DNA of 61,210 nt, counting the filler, from Nitrospinae bacterium RIFCSPLOWO2_12_FULL_45_22 (lineage in GTDB: Bacteria; 2-12-FULL-45-22), in NCBI GenBank assembly GCA_001803565.1. It is 7 parts of 7 records of this genome, joined end to end, with 100 filler letters (N's around TTAATTAATTAA, not from the genome) between each part and the next. Parts side by side here need not be neighbours in the genome. Positions count along the whole stretch, not along the records: positions 37,925 to 44,563 come from MHDQ01000116.1; positions 44,664 to 54,647 come from MHDQ01000117.1; 5 more parts are not named here. One strand, given 5' to 3'. Both the position numbers and the translations under genes were made by a program. Position 1 is the stretch's first letter. Every line of letters begins with the position of its first letter. Below the pieces are notes generated by a model. The model made no database searches, was not told the DNA's origin, and saw only the letters and a list, made by a program, of their open reading frames with translations. Shown piece after piece: positions 42,662-51,304 of the stretch.

Positions 42662-43180
42662 ATGAAATTGAAGCTAGATCTTCATACCCATTGTATAGAG
42701 GCAACCGGCTTTGCTAAGCCTGATATTCCATTAGCCCGAAAGATTATAGCCATAGTAAAGGCCCGGGGCCTGGATGGCATTGCTATCACTGATCATGCTG
42801 AATTAGGACAGGAGTTTGCTCACCAGCTAAAAGAGATTATTGACCATTCTTTTCCTGGCGAAATCATAATCATTCCCGGCCAAGAACTACGCCGCGGCTT
42901 AGACCATATGGTTGAGCTTTTTTTGCCGGGCAACTCTACCTTTCGCTTCCTGGCTCATCCTGGCAGCTCCCTGAATCCCTGGGCAGACCAGCCTGATGGC
43001 CTGCATGGATTAGAGATAGATAATGGTTCCTATTTTGTTGATAAAGACAAGGTCCGGCAACTTGCTCAAAGATATGATCTTCTCTTATTGTCCAATAGCG
43101 ATGCCCATAGCCTATCTGATATTGGTCAGTATTATACTGAAATTTCCTTAGAAGAACTCAAAGCCCGGGCAGCAAGATAA
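42662..43180 (+). CDS. PHP-domain phosphoesterase-like protein
   Basis: KLDLHTH, GLDGIAITDH, PGQE, AHP, SNSDAH. Confidence 0.88.
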   Translation: MKLKLDLHTHCIEATGFAKPDIPLARKIIAIVKARGLDGIAITDHAELGQEFAHQLKEIIDHSFPGEIIIIPGQELRRGLDHMVELFLPGNSTFRFLAHPGSSLNPWADQPDGLHGLEIDNGSYFVDKDKVRQLAQRYDLLLLSNSDAHSLSDIGQYYTEISLEELKARAAR

Positions 43181-43312
43181 AAGTAGTGCCAGGGCTTGTT
43201 CTCCCTTTATCCAGACTTGTCAAACCCCTATTTTTATGTTAGACATTATAGTACGATTTAGTGGGAGCTGTCTAGTACTATTAGCGGAAATTTTGCACTT
43301 AGGGAGGGAATA

Positions 43313-43837
43313 ATGGAAGAGGCCTTAGCATTACTCAAGTCAGCCATAGAATTAGAAAAAGATGGTTATAAGTTTTATATAGAAGCAGCCAAGAAATCTA
43401 CTGATCCCAAAGGAAAGGCAATCTTTGAACAACTGGCGAAGGATGAGATCGGGCATGAAAAGGCTTTAGTAGCCGAATATGAGTCTCTGCACCAGACCGG
43501 TCAATTAATCCAACACCCCCAAACTCCATTAGCTAAGATATATAAAGTAGGGGAGAGGCCTAAAATCTTTAGTAGTGACCCTGAGGGAAAAGCCCGTATC
43601 AAGCCTAGTACTACTGATTTAGAGGCATTAAGAATAGCTATGGCTAATGAGAAAAAGGCCGTTGAATTTTTCTCTCAGGCAAGGGATAAGAGCCACGATC
43701 CCTTAGCGAAAGGCCTATATAGCCGTTTAGTAGCAGAAGAAGAGAGCCATATTCTGCTCTTGGAAGGAGAATATGACTACCTCACGAATGCCGGTTTTTG
43801 GTTGGGGCACCAGGAATTCACTATGGAGCATGCCTAA
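43313..43837 (+). CDS. Ferritin-like (rubrerythrin family) protein
   Basis: AIELEKDGYKFY...LAKDEIGH and AMANEKKA...LVAEEESH di-iron motifs. Confidence 0.9.
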   Translation: MEEALALLKSAIELEKDGYKFYIEAAKKSTDPKGKAIFEQLAKDEIGHEKALVAEYESLHQTGQLIQHPQTPLAKIYKVGERPKIFSSDPEGKARIKPSTTDLEALRIAMANEKKAVEFFSQARDKSHDPLAKGLYSRLVAEEESHILLLEGEYDYLTNAGFWLGHQEFTMEHA

Positions 43838-44550
43838 ATCTCAAGGAGCCGGCTTTGTTCGGGCCTCAACCGGAACATCTCTGGGGTCATGAGATGAGCA
43901 GTGTTGTTTTTGATATGGTACTCGTAAATATCCCATAAGCTAGCCAGCTCATCAAAATTATCCCTCTTTTCCCGTAAGAAACCATAAAGGAGTTTCAAGG
44001 CTGGTATATGAGGTTTGATAATATCACCTTTGGCCAAACAATCGGCTACAAAGATGTCTATAATATCCTCCCGCTTTGCCGGAGCCCTATCCAGGGCCTT
44101 TTTCAGCTTATCATAGAAGGCCTTTAGTTGATTCCTTCCCTGAACATATCTTAGGGTCATAAAATATCTCATAGGTAAGTAATGACAACCAACAATCTCC
44201 GCTACTTCTTTCTGGTCAATCCCCAGCTCAGTAAAAATCTCTTCGGGTAGCAAAAGGACCATCTCCAGACCCAGTGACTCATGACCGCTTTTAAACTGGT
44301 GCAAGATATGTCCATCATCATCGGTTACTACTTTACCATTGCGGGAAATAGTTAGTGCCAGCCTGGGCTTGCCAATATCATGGAAATAGCCCGCAGCAAC
44401 CAGGGTATCCCTGGTGCCCATCAACTCTAACTTCTCTACACAGAGCAAGGTATGCCGATAAACATCGAGATTATGATATTCATTCTGATAAAGTCCTATC
44501 CCGGCTTTAACCACCCCTAATTCTGCCAGTTTCTTTAATTCCGCCCTCAT
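43834..44550 (-). CDS. HD-domain protein
   Basis: QNEYHNLDVYRHTL, FHDIGKP, GHESLG, ADCLAKG. Confidence 0.85.
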   Translation of the reverse strand: MRAELKKLAELGVVKAGIGLYQNEYHNLDVYRHTLLCVEKLELMGTRDTLVAAGYFHDIGKPRLALTISRNGKVVTDDDGHILHQFKSGHESLGLEMVLLLPEEIFTELGIDQKEVAEIVGCHYLPMRYFMTLRYVQGRNQLKAFYDKLKKALDRAPAKREDIIDIFVADCLAKGDIIKPHIPALKLLYGFLREKRDNFDELASLWDIYEYHIKNNTAHLMTPEMFRLRPEQSRLLEI

Positions 44551-44563
44551 AATTTTTGATCCC

Positions 44564-44663
44564 NNNNNNNNNNNNNNNNNNNNNNNNNNNNNNNNNNNNN
44601 NNNNNNNTTAATTAATTAANNNNNNNNNNNNNNNNNNNNNNNNNNNNNNNNNNNNNNNNNNNN
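44564..44663. other. Artificial contig linker
   Basis: N44-TTAATTAATTAA-N44. Confidence 0.99.
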
Positions 44664-44950
44664 CCTGCTATCTCTCGAGGAAGATAGATTTCTCCACAGT
44701 TTGGGCATACCATAGCACGAATATCGGAGATTTTAATCTTAAATTCCTGGCGGTGGAAATCCAAAGGTATTTTTTCCCATGTGGTTTGCGTATGGCATTC
44801 TGAACATATCCTTGGTTTTTCCTTGCCATTCATTATTGCCTCAATGACATGATCCATTGTAAAGCCTTCTTTTAAGCCATGTTGGATAGTATGTGGTCGC
44901 ATGGAGTATTTGCCTATTTCTATTAATTGTCGGATCTTTTTAAGGGTCAT
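44664..44950 (-). pseudogene. Deletion fusion of DUF4258 toxin N-terminus to a YgiT/MqsA-type zinc finger
   Basis: IRQLIEIGKYSMRPHTIQHGLKEGFTMDHVIEAIMNGK joined to ICSECH...ISDIRAMVCPNCGEIY. Confidence 0.7.
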
Positions 44951-45164
44951 TTTAAAGCCTTTTCTTATCTATTGCCAGTAAAGAATTTATCAGGCGGGGA
45001 GACAAATTTCAACTTTATCTTTCTGCTTCTTCATGGTTACTTATCATATTACTTATGCGATAAATGGTGCGGTGTTTGAAATAAGTCGCGTTGTTCGCAG
45101 AGGTTCAGGAAGATATGCTGATTGGTGTTGGTATTGCAAAGTTTTCGGTGTGAAAGATCGGACT

Positions 45165-45503
45165 CATCAGGTGTCTTCGGTCCAGTTTGCTATTTTGAGA
45201 CCCTCTATCCTTTGAAAATGTTTTACATTATTGGTAACCAGGAGAGTATAACTAAAGCAGATAAAGCAAGGATCAAATCAAAATCATCCCATGGGGTGCC
45301 AACTTTTTGGAAGTCTTTCGACCACTTTTAATGTGGGCAAGCATCCCCTTTGGCCCTCTATCGTCTTCCAGTGAGCCGGCCAAGCGCTAACAAAGCCTTG
45401 ACAGGGGTCTTTGAGGTACAGGGACAGCCCTTTCTGGCCAGATATTCTTTGACCAGAAAAAGGATCTGTTGGCTCACAGAGCGGTTTTCCTCAGCCGCTA
45501 GCT
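45165..45503 (-). pseudogene. Decayed RHH antitoxin / VapC (PIN) toxin pair
   Basis: Fragments LAAEENRSVSQQILFLVKEYL and GTPWDDFDLILA...LLVTNNVKHFQRIEGLKIANWT, with frameshift and deletion. Confidence 0.75.
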
Positions 45504-45715
45504 CGTAATTGCTCAATATCCGGTGGGTGGGTTTCCCCCCTCACCCTACCCTCTCCCCTTTGGGGCATAAGCGCTAACTTAATATAACAAATCACAAATT
45601 CAAAAAAATATTTGACAGGATAACAGGATAAACGGGATAACTATTAATTCTGCGTCAATACCCTCGATTATTAGGATAGCAATGAGAGAAAAGTGTTTGG
45701 AGTGAGAGGAAAGTA

Positions 45716-45943
45716 TTGAAAATCTTTCTTGATACAGATGTTTTGATTGATGCGACAATAGGGGCTGATGAATACCCGCATAGCTTCAACCTCCTCAATC
45801 AACTCATCGATGATCCAAAGTTTAGCCTCTGGATCTCTGCTATCTCTATCATCAATATCAACAATATTGTATCGAAGCTGTATGGCAAGGAAAAGGTCGA
45901 AGAGCTATTTAACCTCATTAAAGAAGAGTTTTCAATTATACCA
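45716..45943 (+). pseudogene. Truncated duplicate of the PIN-domain N-terminus of 47267-48823
   Basis: MKIFLDTDVLIDATIGADEYPHSFNLLNQLIDDP is identical to the downstream gene; similarity stops at FSIIPF. Confidence 0.85.
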
Positions 45944-46007
45944 TTTAGCCGTAAATTCCAGCCCGTGTTATTTTATGGTATGATAAGGTTATTGAAGGAG
46001 GTGTAAG

Positions 46008-46253
46008 ATGGATATTGACTGGAGGAAGTTCATACATTCAGACCCAGAGATTTTGTTAGGCAAACCAGTGGTAAAAGGGACAAGGTTATCAGTAGAATTC
46101 ATTTTAGGACTTTTCGCGGAGGGTTGGACTGAGCAACAAGTGCTTGAAAATTATCCAACATTAACAACAGAAAGCATAAAAGCTGTTTTTGCCTTTGCAG
46201 CAGACTGCATGCGCGAGGAGTCATTATATCCAATTTCAGCAGAGACGACTTAA
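46008..46253 (+). CDS. DUF433 antitoxin
   Basis: IHSDPEILLGKPVVKGTRLSVEFIL...LENYPTLT. Confidence 0.92.
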   Translation: MDIDWRKFIHSDPEILLGKPVVKGTRLSVEFILGLFAEGWTEQQVLENYPTLTTESIKAVFAFAADCMREESLYPISAETT

Positions 46254-46619
46254 TGAACTTTCTGGCAAACGAAAATTTTCCTCTCGTCAGTATTAAACTT
46301 CTCAGGGATGCTGGCTATAATGTTGCAAGCGTAATTGAGGAAACACCCGGAGCTAAAGACACATGATATTTTAGAACGTGCTCATGTAGAAAACCGTATT
46401 GTTCTGACCTTTGATCGTGACTATGGTGAATTAATCTACAAACATAAATTACCTGCTCCAGATGGTGTTGTGTATTTCCGTTTTGATCCATCCACACCAG
46501 AGGAACCTGCTAAAATTTTGTTAGATATCAAAGAGAGAGGTAAGACATCATTATCAGGCAAATTTACAGTTGTTGAGAGAGGCAGAATAAGGCAAAGACC
46601 GATTTTAAAAGTAAGGTAA
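46253..46619 (+). pseudogene. DUF5615 (Mut7-C/PIN-like) toxin with +1 frameshift
   Basis: MNFLANENFP...LRDAGYNV...PGAKD, an extra base near 46361, then HDILERAHVENRIVLTFDRDYGEL...GRIRQRP. Confidence 0.85.
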
Positions 46620-46629
46620 CGGGCTGGAC

Positions 46630-46698
46630 CGCTAACACAGCACAAACGGCTAGAGCCCAAATTGCTTCGCAACTTCGTCTGTGCTGGATCCGATAGGC
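46630..46698 (+). mobile_element. Degenerate attC site
   Basis: CGCTAAC-ACAGCACAAACG...CGTCTGTGCTGGATCC-GATAGGC (GTT>GAT). Confidence 0.65.
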
Positions 46699-46759
46699 GC
46701 AATGCCAAGACTAATAGAGAAGATAGAGGTGAAAAGGATTAAAAATTTGTGGCTTTGTG

Positions 46760-46910
46760 GTTCATTTACGAAGAGTTTCTGCAAACCCAGGAGGCTTTGG
46801 AGGACTTTGAGTACCTTCGAGAATTAAGGAAGGAACGGGAAGAATCCATGGGGATGCCCACCAGGAGTCTCAAAGAAATCGGAAAAGAACCTGGTTTTGA
46901 GGAACATTGA
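46760..46910 (+). pseudogene. Antitoxin remnant (Phd/RelB-like C-terminus)
   Basis: YEEFLQTQEALEDFEYLRELRKERE...TRSLKEIGKE without an N-terminus. Confidence 0.45.
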
Positions 46911-46936
46911 CCGCAGAACAAGTCGCTCCAGCGGCA

Positions 46937-47066
46937 AGTAGAGCGTTTCCTTATTACCTTGTCGTCTCGACCGGAGGGAGAGATCTTTCTAACCCTTTTA
47001 GTAAAAAGATTTCTCGCTTCGCTCGAAATGACAGCATTGTAAAGTTATTTTTGGACGATGTACTAG
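46937..47066. repeat. Nested REP-like element
   Basis: Inner TGTCGTCTCGACCGGAGGGAGAGATCT...AGATTTCTCGCTTCGCTCGAAATGACA; outer AGTAGAGCGTTTCC...GGACGATGTACTAG. Confidence 0.7.
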
Positions 47067-47266
47067 CAAAGCCCTGACCGGGGTCTTTAAGGCATTTAGG
47101 TAGCCCTTCCTGTCCAGATATTCCTTGACCAGAAAAAGGACTTGTTGACTCACAGAGCGGTTTTCGTCAGCCGCCAGCTTCCTGACCCCTGCATATAATT
47201 CTGCATCAATACCCCTGATTATTAGGATAGCAATGAGAGAAAAGTGTCTGGAGTGAGAGGAAAGCC

Positions 47267-48823
47267 TTGAAAATCTTTCTTGATACAGATGTTTTGATTG
47301 ATGCGACAATAGGGGCTGATGAATACCCGCATAGTTTCAACCTCCTCAATCAGCTCATCGATGATCCAGATTTTAGTCTCTGGATCTCTGCTATTTCTCT
47401 CGTCAAGATCGACCTTATTGGGTCGAGCGCCGGTACCAAACAAAAGGTTCAAGACCTATTTAACCTGATCAGAGAAAATTTTTCTATCATACCGTTTCGA
47501 AAATCTACGTTTCTAAGGGCGGCTGGATTGGATGGGGGGGATTTTGAGTACCGGGTCCAAATGGCTTCGGCAAAGGAATTTCAGGTTGATGTTATCGTCA
47601 GTCGTCATCCTGAAAATTTTGGGAATAATGGAATCCCCGCCTGGACCCCAGCACAGTTTCTCAAAAAATGGGATGGGGGAGAATTGGACCATATCGTGAA
47701 TGTGCCTTTTCTGGACCTGAGGGCGCAACACCACCAGGTCTACAATGAAATCGATGATCGGGTCACGGACATAATTACGAACACCGGGTTCATTCTAGGT
47801 AAGTATGTGGATGAATTCGAAACGCACTTTGCCAAATTGCAGGGTGCCAGGTATTGCCTGGGTCTATCGAGCGGGACGGCTGCGTTGCATGTGGCGCTTC
47901 TGGCCTTAGGGATCGGACCGGGGGATGGGGTGATCGTACCGGTAAATACCTTCATTGCCACGGCAGAGGCCGTTTCTTTGACCGGGGCTATGCCGGTGTT
48001 TGTCGATTGCGATGAGCTCTATAACCTGGATGTGAGCAGACTCGAGGATACCCTGCGGCAAAAGGTAAGAGGCAATCATAGGCTAAAGGCCGTGATCCCG
48101 GTTCATTTGTATGGCCAGCCGGCGGAAATGGCAGGGATTATACAGTTGGCCACGGAATATGGGCTCAAGGTAGTCGAGGACTGCTGTCAGGCGCATCTGG
48201 CGCGTTATGGTGACAAATTGGTCGGCAATTTCGGTGAATTCGGGGCCTTTAGCTTTTACCCGGGAAAGAACCTGGGCGCTTACGGTGAGGCGGGGGCCCT
48301 CATCACCAACCAGGAAGAGCTATATCTGAAGGCTAAAATGATCCGGCAGCACGGGGAAATAAATCGCCACCGCCATTCTGTCATCGGCCATAACTACCGT
48401 ATGGAGGCTATCCAGGGGGCAGTCCTCTCTGCAAAGCTGAAATATCTCGAGGAATGGACCAAAAGGAGGCAGGATAATGCCCGGCTGTACCGTGAATTAC
48501 TCGACGGTGTGGAAGGCGTCCGTACACCCGGGGAAATAGAAAATGCCTCGTGCGTCTACCACCTGTATGTCATCCAGGCAGAGGATCGGGATGGTCTGCA
48601 GGCATATTTGCACCAAAAAGGTATTGGAACAGGGCTGCATTATCCCATACCTCTCCATCTCCAGGAAGCATACCGAGGGTTGGGATATAGGGAAGGAGAT
48701 TTTCCGATGGCCGAAAGGGCGGCTAAGAGGGTACTGTCGCTCCCCATGTTTCCGGAGCTGAGTGAAAGACAGATCCGGTATGTGTGTAAAAAGATTAAAG
48801 AATACATGGCGGATAGCGGATAG
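47267..48823 (+). CDS. PIN-domain / DegT-DnrJ-EryC1-StrS aminotransferase fusion
   Basis: Residues 1-135 are PIN-like (FLDTDVLID, DFEYRVQMASA, IVSR); the rest is DegT (VPFLDL, SSGTAAL, PVHLYGQ, VEDCCQAH, FSFYPGKNLGAYGEAG, LSLPMFP). Confidence 0.92.
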   Translation: MKIFLDTDVLIDATIGADEYPHSFNLLNQLIDDPDFSLWISAISLVKIDLIGSSAGTKQKVQDLFNLIRENFSIIPFRKSTFLRAAGLDGGDFEYRVQMASAKEFQVDVIVSRHPENFGNNGIPAWTPAQFLKKWDGGELDHIVNVPFLDLRAQHHQVYNEIDDRVTDIITNTGFILGKYVDEFETHFAKLQGARYCLGLSSGTAALHVALLALGIGPGDGVIVPVNTFIATAEAVSLTGAMPVFVDCDELYNLDVSRLEDTLRQKVRGNHRLKAVIPVHLYGQPAEMAGIIQLATEYGLKVVEDCCQAHLARYGDKLVGNFGEFGAFSFYPGKNLGAYGEAGALITNQEELYLKAKMIRQHGEINRHRHSVIGHNYRMEAIQGAVLSAKLKYLEEWTKRRQDNARLYRELLDGVEGVRTPGEIENASCVYHLYVIQAEDRDGLQAYLHQKGIGTGLHYPIPLHLQEAYRGLGYREGDFPMAERAAKRVLSLPMFPELSERQIRYVCKKIKEYMADSG

Positions 48824-48982
48824 CGGATAGCTCATAGTTCATAGCCCATGCCTATCCGCTACCAGCTATCAGCTATGAGCTATGAGCTATNNNNNNNNNN
48901 NNNNNNNNNNNNNNNNNNNAGCTATGAACTATGAGCTATGAGCTATGAGCTATGAGCTATCAGCTACCAGCTACCAGCTACC
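48810..48982. repeat. Inverted heptamer array (AGCTATG/AGCTATC family), containing an N gap at 48891-48919
   Basis: GCGGATA/GCTCATA units followed by reverse-complement GCTATGA/GCTACCA units. Confidence 0.9.
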
Positions 48983-49062
48983 ATCAAAGGGGATGGCAAT
49001 GGGATTTGCATTTGAAGATTTACAGGTTTATCAAAGGGCCCTGGAATTTTCCATTGCAGTAA
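48983..49062 (+). pseudogene. Truncated 5' copy of the four-helix-bundle gene
   Basis: About 88 nt (48975-49062) near-identical to 49713-49800 (MGFAFEDLQVYQRALEFSIAV). Confidence 0.8.
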
Positions 49063-49141
49063 CTGATCGGTGTGTTCCGCGGTTAAAAAAATAAAAACCC
49101 TGTGCTCTTTGGTAAGTTTATCTATATAAGAGGGGGCAGTT

Positions 49142-49624
49142 ATGATGGAAGTATTAAAGATCATTGCGCCTGATGTGAAGCTGGGTAAGGATGTTAAGAT
49201 CTATAACTTTGTTAATCTTTATGGTTGCGAAATCGGTGATGAAACAAGGATTGGGACATTCGTGGAAATACAGAAGAATGTCAGAATTGGAAAGCAATGT
49301 AAGATTCAGAGCCATACATTTATTTGTGAAGGTGTGACCATCGAGGATGAAGTCATGATTGCTCATGGTGTGATGTTCATCAATGACCGTGACCCCCGGG
49401 CTGTCAACCACGATGGGTCTTTACAAACGGAAGCCGATTGGACCTGTATTCCCACTTTAGTGAAAAAAGGGGCTTCTATAGGCTCAAATGCCACTATCAT
49501 GTGTGGTGTAACCATTGGTGAAGGGGCCCTGGTAGGTGCGGGTGCAGTGGTAACAAAAGACGTGCCGGCCGATACGGTTGTGATAGGCAATCCCGCACGG
49601 GTTTTGAGGAAACGAAGCTCATAG
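49142..49624 (+). CDS. Hexapeptide-repeat N-acetyltransferase (WbpD-like)
   Basis: CEIGDETRIGTFVEIQK, CKIQSHTFICEGV, GASIGSNATI, GAGAVVTKDVP, GNPAR. Confidence 0.92.
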   Translation: MMEVLKIIAPDVKLGKDVKIYNFVNLYGCEIGDETRIGTFVEIQKNVRIGKQCKIQSHTFICEGVTIEDEVMIAHGVMFINDRDPRAVNHDGSLQTEADWTCIPTLVKKGASIGSNATIMCGVTIGEGALVGAGAVVTKDVPADTVVIGNPARVLRKRSS

Positions 49625-49720
49625 CTGTAAGCTGATAGCTCATAGCTGTAAGCTGATAGCTCATAGCTGTAAGCTGATAGCTCATAGGCATGAGCTATGA
49701 ACTATGAGCTATCAGCTACC
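49616..49720. repeat. Inverted heptamer array upstream of the four-helix-bundle gene
   Basis: (AGCTCAT-AGCTGTA-AGCTGAT)x3 then ATGAGCT/ATCAGCT units. Confidence 0.95.
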
Positions 49721-49736
49721 ATCAAAGGGGATGGCA

Positions 49737-50090
49737 ATGGGATTTGCATTTGAAGATTTACAGGTTTATCAAAGGGCCCTGGAATTTTCCATTGCGGTAA
49801 TTGATATAATTGATGAAATCGATACGCCAAGGAAGCATTATAGACTGGTCGAACAGTTAGAAGCATCATGCACATCTGTGGCTTTGAACATTTCAGAAGG
49901 GAAGGGTCGGTTTTCCAAAAAGGAATTCAAGCAATTCTTATATATTGCCCGAGGGTCTCTTTATGAAACAATTACAATGCTGCAAATATTCAAGAAAAAA
50001 AGTTGGTTGGGTCAATCCGTTTATGTCAGGTTGTATTCTGAAGCTGAAGAGATAAATAAAATGCTTTCTGGACTAATAAACTCCATCTAA
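49737..50090 (+). CDS. Four-helix-bundle protein (23S rRNA IVP / Avd-like family)
   Basis: FEDLQVYQRA, QLEASCTSVALNISEGKGR, FLYIARGSLYE, KMLSGLINS. Confidence 0.93.
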   Translation: MGFAFEDLQVYQRALEFSIAVIDIIDEIDTPRKHYRLVEQLEASCTSVALNISEGKGRFSKKEFKQFLYIARGSLYETITMLQIFKKKSWLGQSVYVRLYSEAEEINKMLSGLINSI

Positions 50091-50092
50091 GT

Positions 50093-50266
50093 ATAGCTCA
50101 TAGCTGATAGCTGTAAGCTGATAGGGGATAGGGGATAGGGGATAGCTGTAAGCTGATAGCTGTAAGCTGATAGGGGATAGGGGATAGCTGTAAGCTGATA
50201 GCTCATAGCTGTAAGCTTAGAACTATCAGCTATGAGCTATGAACTATGAGCTAGCAGCTATGAGCT
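50093..50266. repeat. Inverted heptamer array downstream of the four-helix-bundle gene
   Basis: AGCTCAT/AGCTGAT/AGCTGTA/AGGGGAT units, then reverse-complement units. Confidence 0.95.
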
Positions 50267-50283
50267 AAAAAGGGGTGATATAT

Positions 50284-51294
50284 ATGCTCAAGGTTGGTGT
50301 TATTGGATGTGGTTATTGGGGGCCGAATCTGATCAGAAACTTCGTCCAGATTAACGAGACCGAGGTAGCTCGTGTGGCCGACCTGGATGGGTCACGCCTG
50401 AGGCACATGAAAGGGCTTTACCCGACGATTGAGACCACGGAAGATTATAGGGATATTATTACCGACCCCCAAATCGATATCGTAGCCGTGGCCACGCCGG
50501 TCCGTACACATTACCGGATTGCCCTGGAAGCGCTCTCAGCCCAAAAACACGTATTCGTTGAAAAGCCGATTGCGGCATCTGTCCGGGAAGCGGAAGAGCT
50601 GATAGCCCTCGCGGAAAGGAATGAGCGAAAGCTGATGGTCGGTCATACCTTCCTGTACACCTCTGCGGTCCGAAAAATGAAGGAGATTATCGATGCTGAT
50701 GAGCTTGGGGAAATATATTACATCAACTCGCAGAGACTGAACCTGGGCCTGTTCCAACAGGACATCAACGTGATCTGGGACCTGGCCCCGCACGATATTT
50801 CGATCATATTATATCTGCTGGGTCAGGAGCCGCATTCAGTCCGTGCCATAGGCACATCCCATATCAATCCTGCTATAGAAGACATTGCCATATTGACCAT
50901 GAATTTTGCCAACGGCCTGATTGCCTTCATCCAGAGCAGTTGGCTCGACCCGGATAAGGTCCGAAAAATGACGATTGTAGGCAGTAAAAAGAGGCTGGTC
51001 TACGATGATGTCCAGCCCACGGAAAAGATAAGGATTTACGATAAGGGTGTGGAAAAACCGGCACACTATAATACCTATGCGGAGTTTCCCTACTCGTATA
51101 AATACGGCGATATCATTATCCCCAAACTGGATGGGGCTGAGCCGATTCACACCCAGTTAAGTCATTTTATCGAGTGTATAAACAATGGGGCCGCACCGAT
51201 CAGCGACGGAAAAAGCGGTCTTCAGGTAGTGAAGATCCTCGAGGCGGCTCAAAGGTCTCTGTGCACGGGAAGCAGCCCGGTATCTATCGAATAA
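50284..51294 (+). CDS. Gfo/Idh/MocA oxidoreductase (WbpB-like)
   Basis: VGVIGCGYWGPNL, HVFVEKP, LMVGH, WDLAPHD. Confidence 0.93.
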   Translation: MLKVGVIGCGYWGPNLIRNFVQINETEVARVADLDGSRLRHMKGLYPTIETTEDYRDIITDPQIDIVAVATPVRTHYRIALEALSAQKHVFVEKPIAASVREAEELIALAERNERKLMVGHTFLYTSAVRKMKEIIDADELGEIYYINSQRLNLGLFQQDINVIWDLAPHDISIILYLLGQEPHSVRAIGTSHINPAIEDIAILTMNFANGLIAFIQSSWLDPDKVRKMTIVGSKKRLVYDDVQPTEKIRIYDKGVEKPAHYNTYAEFPYSYKYGDIIIPKLDGAEPIHTQLSHFIECINNGAAPISDGKSGLQVVKILEAAQRSLCTGSSPVSIE

Positions 51295-51304
51295 TAAATC
51301 CCCC

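Noticed and set aside
46998-47309. 103-aa ORF ending CHFERSEKSFY
   Set aside because: Composite of an antitoxin remnant and a translated REP-like repeat, overlapping the PIN-DegT start.
49497-49691. ORF with MSYQLTA repeats
   Set aside because: Translation of the 21-nt repeat on the reverse strand.
49704-50090. Diversity-generating retroelement suggested by the Avd-like fold
   Set aside because: No reverse transcriptase, and the duplicated 88 nt differ by one base, so there is no template/variable repeat pattern.
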